DNA from: Eledone cirrhosa
Taxonomy: Eukaryota
Assembly (NCBI GenBank): GCA_964016885.1
Contig: OZ024748.1
Coordinates: forward strand, 48,856,001-48,920,000
DNA: 64,000 nucleotides
Direction of reading: 5' to 3'
Shown here one piece after another: positions 26,156 through 41,702 of this stretch; within the stretch, counting starts at the first letter, position 1; each line of letters starts with the position of its first letter. Made by a program: the position numbers and the translations under genes. The notes below the pieces were generated by a model. That model made no database searches, was not told the origin of the DNA, and saw only the letters and a list, made by a program, of their open reading frames with translations.

Positions 26156-29100
26156 TATTGGCATCTGTATTGGAATTGGTAAAGATGGTACCTGTCCTGT
26201 TTATCATTGGTAAAGATGGTACCTGTCCTGTTTATCATTGGTAAAGATGGTACCTGTCCTGTTTATCATTGCCATCTGTATTGGAATTGGTAAAGATGGT
26301 ACCTGTCCTGTTTATCATTGCCATCTGTATTGGAATTGGTAAAGATGGTACCTGTCCTGTTTATCATTGGTAAAGATGGTACCTGTCCTGTTTATCATTG
26401 GTATCTGTATTGGAATTGGTAAAGATGGTACCTGTCCTGTTTATCATTGCCATCTGTATTGGAATTGGTAAAGATGGTACCTGTCCTGTTTATCATTGCC
26501 ATCTGTATTGGAATTGGTAAAGATGGTACCTGTCCTGTTTATCATTGCCATCTGTATTGGAATTGGTAAAGATGGTACCCATCCTGTTTATCATTGCCAT
26601 CTGTATTGGAATTGGTAAAGGTGGTACCTGTCCTGTTTATCATTGTCATTTGTATTGGAATTAGTAAAGATGGTACCTGTCCTGTTTATCATTGCCATCT
26701 GTATTGGAATTGGTAAAGGTGGTACCTGTCCTGTTTATCATTGCCATCTGTATTGGAATTGGTAAAGATGGTACCTGTCCTGTTGATCATTGCCATCTGT
26801 ATTGGAATTGGTAAAGGTGGTACCTGTCCTGTTTATCATTGTCATTTGTATTGGAATTGGTAAAGATGGTACCTGTCCTGTTTATCATTGCCATCTCTAT
26901 TAGAATTGGTAAAGATGGTACCTGTCCTGTTTATCATTGCCATCTCTATTGGAATTGGTAAAGATGGTACCTGTCCTGTTTATCATTGCCATCTGTATTG
27001 GAATTGGTAAAGATGGTACCTGTCCTGTTTATCATTGCCATCTGTATTGGAATTGGTAAAGATGGTACCTGTCCTGTTTATCATTGCCATCTCTATTGGA
27101 ATTGGTAAAGATGGTACCTGTCCTGTTTATCATTGCCATCTGTATTGGAATTGGTAAAGATGGTACCTGTCCTGTTTATCATTGCCATCTGTATTGGAAT
27201 TGGTAAAGGTGGTACCTGTCCTGTTTATCATTGTCATTTGTATTGGAATTGGTAAAGATGGTACCTGTCCTGTTTATCATTGCCATCTCTATTGGAATTG
27301 GTAAAGATGGTACCTGTCCTGTTTATCATTGCCATCTGTATTGGAATTGGTAAAGATGGTACCTGTCCTGTTTATCATTGCCATCTGTATTGGAATTGGT
27401 AAAGATGGTACCTGTGCTGTTTATCATTGCTATCTGTATTGGAATTGGTAAAGATGGTACTTGTCCTGTTTATCATTGCCATCTCTATTGGAATAGGTAA
27501 AGATGGTACCTGTCCTGTTTATCATTGGTAAAGATGGTACCTGTCCTGTTTATCATTGGTATCTGTATTGGAATTGGTAAAGATGGTACCTGTCCTGTTT
27601 ATCATTGCCATCTGTATTGGAATTGGTAAAGATGGTACCTGTCCTGTTTATCATTGCCATCTGTATTGGAATTGGTAAAGATGGTGCCTGTCCTGTTTAT
27701 CATTGCCATCTGTTTTGGAATTGGTAAAGATGGTACCCATCCTGTTTATCATTGCCATCTGTATTGGAATTGGTAAAGATGGTACCTGTCCTGTTTATCA
27801 TTGCCATCTGTATTGGAATTGGTAAAGGTGGTACCTGTCCTGTTTATCATTGTCATTTGTATTGGAATTGGTAAAGATGGTACCTGTCCTGTTTATCATT
27901 GCCATCTCTATTAGAATTGGTAAAGATGGTACCTGTCCTGTTTATCATTGCCATCTGTATTGGAATTGGTAAAGATGGTACCTGTCCTGTTTATCATTGC
28001 CATCTCTATTGGAATTGGTAAAGATGGTACCTGTCCTGTTTATCATTGCCATCTCTATTGGAATAGGTAAAGATGGTACCTGTCCTGTTTATCATTGCCA
28101 TTTGTATTGGAATTGGTAAAGATGGTACCTGTCCTGTTTATCATTGCCATCTCTATTGGAATTGGTAAAGATGGTACCTGTCCTGTTTATCATTGCCATC
28201 TCTATTGGAATTGGTAAAGATGGTACCTGTCCTGTTTATCATTGCCATCTCTATTGGAATTGGTAAAGATGGTACCTGTCCTGTTTATCATTGCCATCTC
28301 TATTGGAATTGGTAAAGATGGTACCTGTCCTGTTTATCATTGCCATCTCTATTGGAATTGGTAAAGATGGTACCTGTCCTGTTTATCATTGCCATCTGTA
28401 TTGGAATTGGTAAAGATGGTACCTGTCCTGTTTATCATTGCCATCTCTATTGGAATTGGTAAAGATGGTACCTGTCCTGTTTATCATTGCCATCTCTATT
28501 GGAATTGGTAAAGATGGTACCTGTCCTGTTTATCATTGCCATCTCTATTGGAATTGGTAAAGATGGTACCTGTCCTGTTTATCATTGCCATCTCTATTGG
28601 AATTGGTAAAGATGGTACCTGTCCTGTTTATCATTGCCATCTCTATTGGAATTGGTAAAGATGGTACCTGTCCTGTTTATCATTGCCATCTCTATTGGAA
28701 TTGGTAAAGATGGTACCTGTCCTGTTTATCATTGCCATCTCTATTGGAATTGGTAAAGATGGTACCTGTCCTGTTTATCATTGCCATCTCTATTGGAATT
28801 GGTAAAGATGGTACCTGTCCTGTTTATCATTGCCATCTCTATTGGAATTGGTAAAGATGGTACCTGTCCTGTTTATCATTGCCATCTCTATTGGAATTGG
28901 TAAAGATGGTACCTGTCCTGTTTATCATTGCCATCTCTATTGGAATAGGTAAAGATGGTACCTGTCCTGTTTATCATTGCCATCTCTATTGGAATAGGTA
29001 AAGATGGTACCTGTCCTGTTTATCATTGCCATCTGTATTGGAATAGGTAAAGATGGTACCTGTCCTGTTTATCATTGCCATCTGTATTGGAATTGGTAAA

Positions 29101-32100
29101 GATGGTACCTGTCCTGTTTATCATTGCCATCTGTATTGGAATAGGTAAAGATGGTACCTGTCCTGTTTATCATTGCCATCTGTATTGGAATTGGTAAAGA
29201 TGGTACCTGTCCTGTTTATCATTGCCATCTGTATTGGAATTGGTAAAGATGGTACCTGTCCTGTTTATCATTGCCATCTGTATTGGAATTGGTAAAGATG
29301 GTACCTGTCCTGTTTATCATTGCCATCTGTATTGGAATTGGTAAAGATGGTACCTGTCCTGTTTATCATTGCCATCTGTATTGGAATTGGTAAAGGTGGT
29401 ACCTGTCCTGTTTATCATTGTCATTTGTATTGGAATTGGTAAAGATGGTACCTGTCCTGTTTATCATTGCCATCTCTATTGGAATTGGTAAAGATGGTAC
29501 CTGTCCTGTTTATCATTGCCATCTCTATTGGAATTGGTAAAGATGGTACCTGTCCTGTTTATCATTGCCATCTGTATTGGAATTGGTAAAGATGGTACCT
29601 GTCCTGTTTATCATTGCCATCTGTATTGGAATTGGTAAAGGTGGTACCTGTCCTGTTTATCATTGTCATTTGTATTGGAATTGGTAAAGATGGTACCTGT
29701 CCTGTTTATCATTGCCATCTCTATTGGAATTGGTAACGATGGTACCTGTCCTGTTTATCATTGCCATCTGTATTGGAATTGGTAAAGATGGTACCTGTCC
29801 TGTTTATCATTGCCATCTGTATTGGAATTGGTAAAGATGGTACCTGTGCTGTTTATCATTGCCATCTCTATTGGAATTGGTAAAGATGGTACCTGTCCTG
29901 TTTATCATTGCTATCTGTATTGGAATTGGTAAAGATGGTACTTGTCCTGTTTATCATTGCCATCTCTATTGGAATAGGTAAAGATGGTACCTGTCCTGTT
30001 TATCATTGCCATCTCTATTGGAATTGGTAAAGATGGTACCTGTCCTGTTTATCATTGTCATTTGTATTGGAATTGGTAAAGATGGTACCTGTCCTGTTTA
30101 TCATTGCCATCTGTATTGGAATTGGTAAAGATGGTACCTGTCCTGTTTATCATTGGTAAAGATGGTACCTGTCCTGTTTATCATTGCCATCTGTATTGGA
30201 ATTGGTAAGATGGTACCCATACTGTTTATCATTGCCATCTGTATTGGAATTGGTAAAGATGGTACCTGTCCTGTTTATCATTGCCATCTGTATTGGAATT
30301 GGTAAAGGTGGTACCTGTCCTGTTTATCATTGTCATTTGTATTGGAATTGGTAAAGATGGTACCTGTCCTGTTTATCATTGCCATCTCTATTAGAATTGG
30401 TAAAGATGGTACCTGTCCTGTTTATCATTGCCATCTGTATTGGAATTGGTAAAGATGGTACCTGTCCTGTTTATCATTGCCATCTGTATTGGAATTGGTA
30501 AAGATGGTACCTGTCCTGTTTATCATTGCCATCTGTATTGGAATTGGTAAAGGTGGTACCTGTCCTGTTTATCATTGTCATTTGTATTGGAATTGGTAAA
30601 GATGGTACCTGTCCTGTTTATCATTGCCATCTCTATTGGAATTGGTAAAGATGGTACCTGTCCTGTTTATCATTGCCATCTGTATTGGAATTGGTAAAGA
30701 TGGTACCTGTCCTGTTTATCATTGCCATCTGTATTGGAATTGGTAAAGATGGTACCTGTCCTGTTTATCATTGCCATCTCTATTGGAATTGGTAAAGATG
30801 GTACCTGTCCTGTTTATCATTGCTATCTGTATTGGAATTGGTAAAGATGGTACTTTTCCTGTTTATCATTGCCATCTCTATTGGAATAGGTAAAGATGGT
30901 ACCTCTCCTGTTTATCATTGCCATTTGTATTGGAATTGGTAAAGATGGTACCTGTCCTGTTTATCATTGCCATCTGTATTGGAATTGGTAAAGATGGTAC
31001 CTGTCCTGTTTATCATTGCCATCTCTATTGGAATTGGTAAAGATGGTACCTGTCCTGTTTATCATTGTCATTTGTATTGGAATTGGTAAAGATGGTACCT
31101 GTCCTGTTTATCATTGCCATCTCTATTGGAATTGGTAAAGATGGTACCTGTCCTGTTTATCATTGCCATCTCTATTGGAATAGGTAAAGATGGTACCTGT
31201 CCTGTTTATCATTGCCATTTGTATTGGAATTGGTAAAGATGGTACCTGTCCTGTTTATCATTGCCATCTCTATTGGAATTGGTAAAGATGGTACCTGTCC
31301 TGTTTATCATTGTCATTTGTATTGGAATTGGTAAAGATGGTACCTGTCCTGTTTATCATTGCCATTTGTATTGGAATTGGTAAAGATGGTACCTGTCCTG
31401 TTTATCATTGCCATCTGTATTGGAATTGGTAAAGATGGTACCTGTCCTGTTTATCATTGCCATCTCTATTGGAATTGGTAAAGATGGTACCTGTCCTGTT
31501 TATCATTGCCATCTCTATTGGAATTGGTAAAGATGGTACCTGTCCTGTTTATCATTGCCATCTCTATTGGAATTGGTAAAGATGGTACCTGTCCTGTTTA
31601 TCATTGCCATCTCTATTGGAATTGGTAAAGATGGTACCTGTCCTGTTTATCATTGCCATCTCTATTGGAATTGGTAAAGATGGTACCTGTCCTGTTTATC
31701 ATTGCCATCTGTATTGGAATTGGTAAAGATGGTACCTGTCCTGTTTATCATTGCCATCTCTATTGGAATTGGTAAAGATGGTACCTGTCCTGTTTATCAT
31801 TGCCATCTCTATTGGAATTGGTAAAGATGGTACCTGTCCTGTTTATCATTGCCATCTCTATTGGAATTGGTAAAGATGGTACCTGTCCTGTTTATCATTG
31901 CCATCTCTATTGGAATTGGTAAAGATGGTACCTGTCCTGTTTATCATTGCCATCTCTATTGGAATTGGTAAAGATGGTACCTGTCCTGTTTATCATTGCC
32001 ATCTCTATTGGAATTGGTAAAGATGGTACCTGTCCTGTTTATCATTGCCATCTCTATTGGAATTGGTAAAGATGGTACCTGTCCTGTTTATCATTGCCAT

Positions 32101-32790
32101 CTCTATTGGAATTGGTAAAGATGGTACCTGTCCTGTTTATCATTGCCATCTCTATTGGAATTGGTAAAGATGGTACCTGTCCTGTTTATCATTGCCATCT
32201 CTATTGGAATTGGTAAAGATGGTACCTGTCCTGTTTATCATTGCCATCTCTATTGGAATAGGTAAAGATGGTACCTGTCCTGTTTATCATTGCCATCTCT
32301 ATTGGAATAGGTAAAGATGGTACCTGTCCTGTTTATCATTGCCATCTGTATTGGAATAGGTAAAGATGGTACCTGTCCTGTTTATCATTGCCATCTCTAT
32401 TGGAATTGGTAAAGATGGTACCTGTCCTGTTTATCATTGCCATCTGTATTGGAATAGGTAAAGATGGTACCTGTCCTGTTTATCATTGCCCTCTGTATTG
32501 GAATAGGTAAAGATGGTACCTGTCCTGTTTATCATTGCCATCTGTATTGGAATTGGTAAAGATGGTACCTGTCCTGTTTATCATTGCCATCTGTATTGGA
32601 ATAGGTAAAGATGGTACCTGTCCTGTTTATCATTGCCATCTGTATTGGAATTGGTAAAGATGGTACCTGTCCTGTTTATCATTGCCATCTGTATTGGAAT
32701 TGGTAAAGATGGTACCTGTCCTGTTTATCATTGCCCTCTGTATTGGAATAGGTAAAGATGGTACCTGTCCTGTTTATCATTGCCCTCTGT
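26156..32790. repeat. 49-bp satellite, ~135 copies over 6.6 kb
   Basis: Unit ATTGCCATCTGTATTGGAATTGGTAAAGATGGTACCTGTCCTGTTTATC with occasional ~31-bp deleted units. Confidence 0.98.
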
Positions 32791-33630
32791 GAGACCCACG
32801 GGTGTGAGACCCACAGGTGTGAGACCCACAGGTGTGAGCCCCACAGGTGTGAGACCCCCCAGGTGTGAGCCCCACAGGTATGAGACCCCCAGGTGTGAGA
32901 CCCCCAGGTGTGAGCCCCACAGGTGTGAGACCCCCAGGTGTGAGCCCCACAGGTGTGAGACCCCCAGGTGTGAGACCCCCAGGTGAGACCCCCAGGTGTG
33001 AGACCCCTAGGTGTGAGTCCCACAGGTGTGAGCCCCACAGGTGTGAGCCCCACAGGTGTGAGCCCCACAGGTGTGAGACCCCCAGGTGAGACCCACAGGT
33101 GTGAGCCCACCAGCTGTGAGACCCTCAGGTGTGAGACCCACAGGTGTGAGACCCACAGGTGTGAGCCCACCAGCTGTGAGACCCCCAGGTGTGAGCCCCA
33201 CAGGTGTGAGACCCCCAGGTGAGACCCACAGGTGTGAGCCCACCAGCTGTGAGACCCCCAGGTGTGAGACCCACAGGTGTGAGACCCCCAGGTGTGAGAC
33301 CCACAGGTGTGAGCCCCCCAGGTGTGAGCCCCACAGGTGTGAGACCCCCAGGTGAGACCCACAGGTGTGAGCCCACCAGCTGTGAGACCCCCAGGTGTGA
33401 GACCCACAGGTGTGAGACCCCCAGGTGTGAGACCAACAGGTGTGAGCCCCCCAGGTGTGAGCCCCACAGGTGTGAGACCCCCAGGTGAGACCCACAGGTG
33501 TGAGCCCACCAGCTGTGAGACCCCCAGGTGTGAGACCCACAGGTGTGAGCCCACCAGCTGTGAGACCCCCAGGTGTGAGACCCCCAGGTGTGAGCCCCCC
33601 AGGTTTGAGCCCCACAGGTGTGAGACCCAC
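32788..33630. repeat. 15-17 bp GC-rich minisatellite (CAGGTGTGAGACCCC variants)
   Basis: Seen directly; directly abuts the 49-bp array. Confidence 0.95.
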
Positions 33631-33838
33631 ATGTTAGAGTCTGCATCTCACATATGTGTGGTCTCACATTGTATTGTGTGCAGAGGAGAGCTTTTTTGTG
33701 TATGTGTGTATAATATATACATATACATATATACACCTGTGTATATAATAAGCCTATATATAATATGTTTTCCAGTAATAGCCACTAATTAATATTTGTA
33801 AACTTTCATAATAAACACACCTGAAATGCAGAGGGAGG

Positions 33839-33929
33839 TACCGCATATACGCAAATATAAGCCGATCCCCTATTTTATCATCAATTTTTGGCCACATATT
33901 CCTTGGCTTATATTTGAGTATATACAGTA
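33839..33929. mobile_element. Short pogo/Tc2-like MITE
   Basis: TA-CCGCATATACGCAAATATAAGCC ... GGCTTATATTTGAGTATATACAG-TA. Confidence 0.7.
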
Positions 33930-34219
33930 GCTTCGGTCAAAGCAAGAAGAAAATAAATCAAATGGAGAAAGCAAAAGATTAACAAATTAACAATGATGAC
34001 AAATATTAAGAAAAAACCAAACCAAAAGAATGGACCTGGTTGTTAGGTGAGACCAAGGGAAGTATGTTTCCATTGCTGATACTATCTGTTGGTTGTAACT
34101 TCTGGCAGATAAAAGTAGCCAGTAGTTTGATGAGACCGAGGGAACTATGTATGTTTCTATTGGTCTATCCATTGTTGATTCTATTTGCCAGACATAACTG
34201 GCAGATGAAAGGAGCTGTT

Positions 34220-34247
34220 AGATCAGACCAAGGAAAAGGAATATCAT

Positions 34248-34306
<59 letters not shown>

Positions 34307-34596
34307 CACAAAAGCCATTGGTTATTTAATGAAGTGGAATATGAAATTTAAATTCTGATATATTTCTGCATATTTGCTTAACTTTATTGTAAATATTAAA
34401 ATGATTTAATTGATCAATGCTTTTCAAAGAGAAGAAACCATTCTTTGCTGGCTCGTTAAGTTTTACATTCTTGAGTAGATTATCACAATGAAAGCTAAGA
34501 GAACTATAATGCACACTTTATATTAGATTTCAATAAATCATTCTTATCACTTTAAAGGTTTAGTTAAGATAAATTACAGTGGAAATAGTTTGATAA
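34220..34596 (-). repeat. Right arm of the long-range inverted repeat (partner 20828-21193)
   Basis: See left arm. Confidence 0.95.
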
Positions 34597-35420
34597 AATT
34601 TATGAGCAACTAATAACTGTGGATTCCATGTGATATATGACTTTGATGTTTTATTATCAATCAATGTTTTTTTTGTGAAAGAGAAAATTATATGACAAAT
34701 CTTAAAACAACCTTACTGCATGTTGATAGAGTCAGCTCTTCTATTAAAAAAAACAGAAAAACAGAGGCACTAGATCAATTTGTTTTTAGTATTTTTAAAA
34801 ACTAAATTGAAATATTTAATCATATATTTTTAGTCTGTAAATTTATTTACATCTATTTTAGTGGGTGGTTTGCTAGGCTTGTGATAGTTTAGTTCATCTT
34901 ACTTCAGTCCATTCAGCTGGAAAATATGAGTTGTGATGACACTGATTCCAAGCAGTGTTGCCAATTATTTCAAGGGTAAACAAACTAAATCAAAGACAAA
35001 ACACTAAAAAGCACCAATGTTGTATTGTTTTATGTACTAAAGGTCACTACATAACAAGGCTTTAAAGCCATCCAAGGTTACAGATTATATGACAGAATGA
35101 ACAGGAGAAAGGGATAATGAGGGGAAATGGAAAGGTGATTGTTATAAGTGTGAAAATGATGAATCAACTGGTAGTTTGGGTGAAATTATGACATGGAGAG
35201 GTACTTATTGACCCCTTTTCTTAAAAAGGTCAACGTTGTAGCCACAAGGAAAGCAATCCCTAGACAGTTTATTCAGTAGAGATGCAGTTCTAGGAATGAA
35301 TAGGAAAATAGAAAGTGTGGATGGTTTGCCTCAATGGACTTAACAAGATAGGTCCTAGTGTAAAAAATCTGGGATTTGGGTGCTGGGGAATAAATTTCAT
35401 CAGAGTATTTCTCATGGAAA

Positions 35421-35586
35421 TAATTGTTTCTACTTTTTGGCACAAGGCCAGCAATTACCCAGTTCATTACTGGTACTTTATTTTATCGACCACGTAAAGA
35501 TGAAAGGCAAAGTTAACCTCGGCGGGATTTGAACTCAGAATGGCAAGGGCCGTAACTCTATGCGTCAAAGCATGGCGTCCGACCCT
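35421..35586 (-). mobile_element. SINE family B
   Basis: Reverse complement of 11755-11916. Confidence 0.85.
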
Positions 35587-36625
35587 AGAATAATATCAGG
35601 TTTGTGATATCATATTTGTGAAGAGAGGGGCTTGTGAAGAGATGAGAAAAGCTTATTTCCAGGAATGTTACACAAGTGACTCTGAACTCTCCCTAGATTG
35701 GATAGGGAGCTCTATGCAGCACCACCCCAGACGTGGCAGCAATACTCCATCTAATCTATCTCTTCTAAAGATACAAGATTGCAGATATTTTCTTGAACGA
35801 TAGAAGGAGCCTCTCATTATTTAACTGATTGAATATAGGAGTTCAGTGGGGATCTGGGGTGAATTTTAGGTCCAAGAATTGTTCAACGAAACACCATTGA
35901 TATGAATAGGGGGAAGTTGGTGACATTCCGATAGCGATGGAAAGAGAGAACCTTAGTTTTCGAGGTGTTAAACATAACAAGCCACTCATTTCCCTATTGA
36001 ACTGTGTGCTCAGGATCTTAAGGTCATGAGTTTGATTCCCGGACCATGTGTTGTGTTGTATCCTTGAGCAAGGCACTTTATTCCATGTCGTTCCAGTCCA
36101 CTCAGCTGGCAAATATGAGTTGTAATTCAAAGTAAAGGCACCAGCCTTGTCACATTGAATGTATCTGGAATGGTCAGCTATTTTCAGTGGCATTGATGAA
36201 ACAACAGATACACTTGTTACTGGAGCTAATGGAGGTCCAACATGTGTGTATATGTGAGTCTAATGTGAAGACATCAAAGAGTTACAGACAGATATCACTG
36301 CTTAACAACTACTTTCCATGCTAGCACGGGTTAGACGGGCTCCCCACGCTATGAGGCTAGACAGGTCAGGTGACCACATCTTGCTCATATGATCCATTTT
36401 TGGAATGCTCAGCCACTTACATGAGTTAATTTCATGAGTTGGTAGTTCCACCCAACAACTACACACACCCCCACTACACATACACCCCCACTACACACAT
36501 GTTTTAGCTGGAGTTATATCACCACATTGCTATTGTTACCCTCACAATAATATAATTTATTTTAATACAACTTTCAATAAAACCTCACCGCAATGGAAAT
36601 AACTGCACCATTTTACCAATTAACC

Positions 36626-36930
36626 CTTTTTCTTTTTCTTTTTCTTTTTCTTTTTCTTTTTCTTCTTCTTTTTCTTTTTCTTTTTCTTTTTCTTCTTTTT
36701 CTTTTTCTTTTTCTTTCTTTTTTTTTCTTTTTCTATTTTCTTTTTCTTCTTTTTCTTCTTTTTCTTCTTTTTTTTCTTTTTCTGTTTCTTTTTCTTTTTC
36801 TTTTTCTTCTTTTTTCTTTTTCTTTTTTTCTTTTTCTTCTTTTCTTTTCTTCTTTTCTTTTCTTCTGTTTCTTCTTTTTTTTCTTTTTCTTTTTCTTTTT
36901 CTTTTTCTTTATTTTCTTTTTCTTCTTCTC
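36626..36930. repeat. (TTTTTC/TTC)n polypyrimidine tract
   Basis: Seen directly. Confidence 0.9.
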
Positions 36931-37484
36931 TGTGTTGTTGTTGTTGCTGTATTGTGTTGGCCCTTGTGGCCAATAAAGAAATCACTATTGTTGTATTGTA
37001 TAATAACATGGCAATTGTGAGGAAACACTAAACTATAAATCACTGAGAGAGGGAGGGGGAACATCAAAGGTTAATTATGTGGTAGTAATAGCAGTAGTAA
37101 GGGTAGTAGTAGCAGTAGTAAGGGTGGCGGTAGTAGTAGTGGCTGTGGTAGTGGTAGTAGTAAGGGTGGTGGTGGTAGTAAAAAGGGAGAGATAGGCTGT
37201 ATATAAAGTATATCTTATATGTAAAGAAAGTGAGTTTTGTAGGAACTGGAGAACAACTGATCTATTCAGTGTTAGTGTGTGTGTGTGTGTGTAATGTATA
37301 TATTTGTCTGTGTGTATATGTGTGTGTATGTACTCTGATGTATATGTGTGTATGTGTCTGTGTGCATATGTGTGTGTATGTACTCTGATGTGTGTCTGTG
37401 TATATGTGTGTGTGTGTGTACTCTGATGGATATGTGTGTATGTGTCTGTGTGCATATGTGTGTGTATGTACTCTGATGTGTGTC

Positions 37485-37519
<35 letters not shown>

Positions 37520-37614
37520 ACTCTGATGTATGTGTGTGTGTGTGTGTCTGTATAATATTGGTGGGTTGGATACAGTGGTAGGACTGTTTTGGCATTTAAG
37601 TGAAAGAATGAGAA

Positions 37615-38397
37615 GAAAGGTGAGAGAGAGGAAGGAGTGAAGGTGAGAGAGAGAGAGAGAGGAAGGAGTGAAGGTGAGAGAGAGGATGGAGTGAAGGTGA
37701 GAGAGAGAGGAAGGAATGAAGGTGAGAGAGAGGAAGGAGTGAAGGTGAGGAAGGAAGGGGTGAAGGTGAGAGAGAGGAAGGAGTGAAGGTGAGAGAGAGA
37801 GAGAGAGGAAGGAGTGAAGGTGAGAGAGAGGATGGAGTGAAGGTGAGAGAGAGAGGAAGGAATGAAGGTGAGAGAGAGGAAGGAGTGAAGGTGAGGAAGG
37901 AAGGGGTGAAGGTGAGAGAGAGGAAGGAGTGAAGGTGAGAGAGAGAGAGAGAGGAAGGAGTGAAGGTGAGAGAGAGGATGGAGTGAAGGTGAGAGAGAGA
38001 GGAAGGAATGAAGGTGAGAGAGAGGAAGGAATGAAGGTGAGAGAGAGGAAGGAGTGAAGGTGAGGAAGGAAGGGGTGAAGGTGAGAGAGAGGAAGGAGTG
38101 AAGGTGAGAGAGGAAGGGGTGAAGGTGAGAGAGGAAGGGGTGAAGGTAAGAGAGAGGAAGGGGTGAAGATAAGAGAGAGGAAGGGGTGAAGGTGAGAGAG
38201 TGGAGTGAAGGTAAGAGAGAGGAAGGAGTGAAGGTGAGAGAGAGTGGAGTGAAGGTAAGAGAGTGGAAGGAGTGAAGGTGTGAGAGAGGAAGGAGTGAAG
38301 GTGAGAAAGAGAGGAAGGAGTGAAGGGGAGAGGAAGGAGTGAAGGTGAGAAAGAGAGGAAGGAGTGAAGGGGAGAGGAAGGAGTGAAGGTGAGAAAG
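37615..38397. repeat. Purine-rich minisatellite (GAGAGAGGAAGGAGTGAAGGT variants)
   Basis: Seen directly; higher-order block of roughly 150 bp. Confidence 0.9.
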
Positions 38398-38485
38398 AGC
38401 ATTTATTCTGATCACATTTCAAACCATTTGACTGTTAGATATTTTGATTTATTGGTCCATCCTCAAAGTCAATTAAACCTTCACA

Positions 38486-39540
<1,055 letters not shown>

Positions 39541-39732
39541 ATGGAGACACATGGCTTAGTGGTTAGAGCATTGGCCTTGCAATCAATCAATATATATATA
39601 TATATGTATAGATATGTAAATAGATATGTAAATATATATATATATATATGTGATGATGATGATGATGATAATGATGATGATGATGATGATGATGATGATA
39701 TATGTAAATATATATATATATATATATATATA

Positions 39733-39880
39733 TCATCATCATCATCATCATCAGGTTTAGCGTCCGTGTTCCACGCTTGCATGGGTTTGGACGGGGGTTT
39801 TCCCACTTGAGGCAAGAGTGGTTGTCTTGCTCGCATAGGACTGTCTGGCGGGTTTTCTACAGTTGGATGCCCTTCCTAAT
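39733..39880 (-). mobile_element. Extreme 3' end of the intact RTE family
   Basis: Near-identical to 46623-46768. Confidence 0.85.
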
Positions 39881-39892
39881 ATATATATATAT

Positions 39893-40215
39893 GGAGGCAC
39901 GTGGCTTAGTGGTTAGAACATTGGCCTTGCAATCGAAAGGTTGTGAGTTCAATTCTCAGACAGACCGGGTGATGTGTTGTTTCCTTGAGCAAGACACTTT
40001 ATTTCACATTGCTCCAGTTTACTCAGCTGTAGAAATTCCACTGCAAAGTGGTCGCGGAGGTGCCACGGCACAAACCACCCAGCACTCACTGTAAATGAGG
40101 TTGATGTTAGGAAGAGCATCCAGCTGTAGAAATCAAGCCAGAATCAGTTCCCGTCCCACCCTTGCAAGCAGGGAAAAAGCAGACGTAAAATGAAATGATG
40201 ATGATGATGATGATG

Positions 40216-40217
<2 letters not shown>
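39893..40217 (+). mobile_element. SINE family A with internal deletion; isolated head at 39543-39584
   Basis: Matches 10040-10383 but lacks GAGATGATAGGGACTGGGGTCCATATCA. Confidence 0.88.
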
Positions 40218-40275
<58 letters not shown>

Positions 40276-40601
40276 AATATATATATATATACATATTCAC
40301 ATTAGTCTATATATATGTATTCTTTCTAAATCTATATAAATCATCCATCATGCTTGCATTGACTTTATCTTCCATTTTTGTGTGTGTATTCCTGTGTCTG
40401 TGTGTTCATTAGTATGTGTGGCTGTGTGTGTGGCTGTGTGTGTGTGATCACATATATGTAGTGTTAGTGTGTGTCCTTTTCATATATGTGTGTGTGTTTT
40501 GTATTTTCTCTCTTTGTTCCTCTGCAACTATTAAATCATTTAAAGTCTACATTGAAAATATCTGCCTCACTGTTTGCAACTCCTGTTGCTTTCATGTGTA
40601 C

Positions 40602-41700
<1,099 letters not shown>

Positions 41701-41702
41701 TA

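Noticed and set aside
26156-32790. CRISPR-like regular array
   Set aside because: No unique spacers and no cas genes; head-to-tail eukaryotic satellite
32679-33792. Overlapping GSHL/CETPR repeat ORFs
   Set aside because: Translations of the 15-17 bp minisatellite
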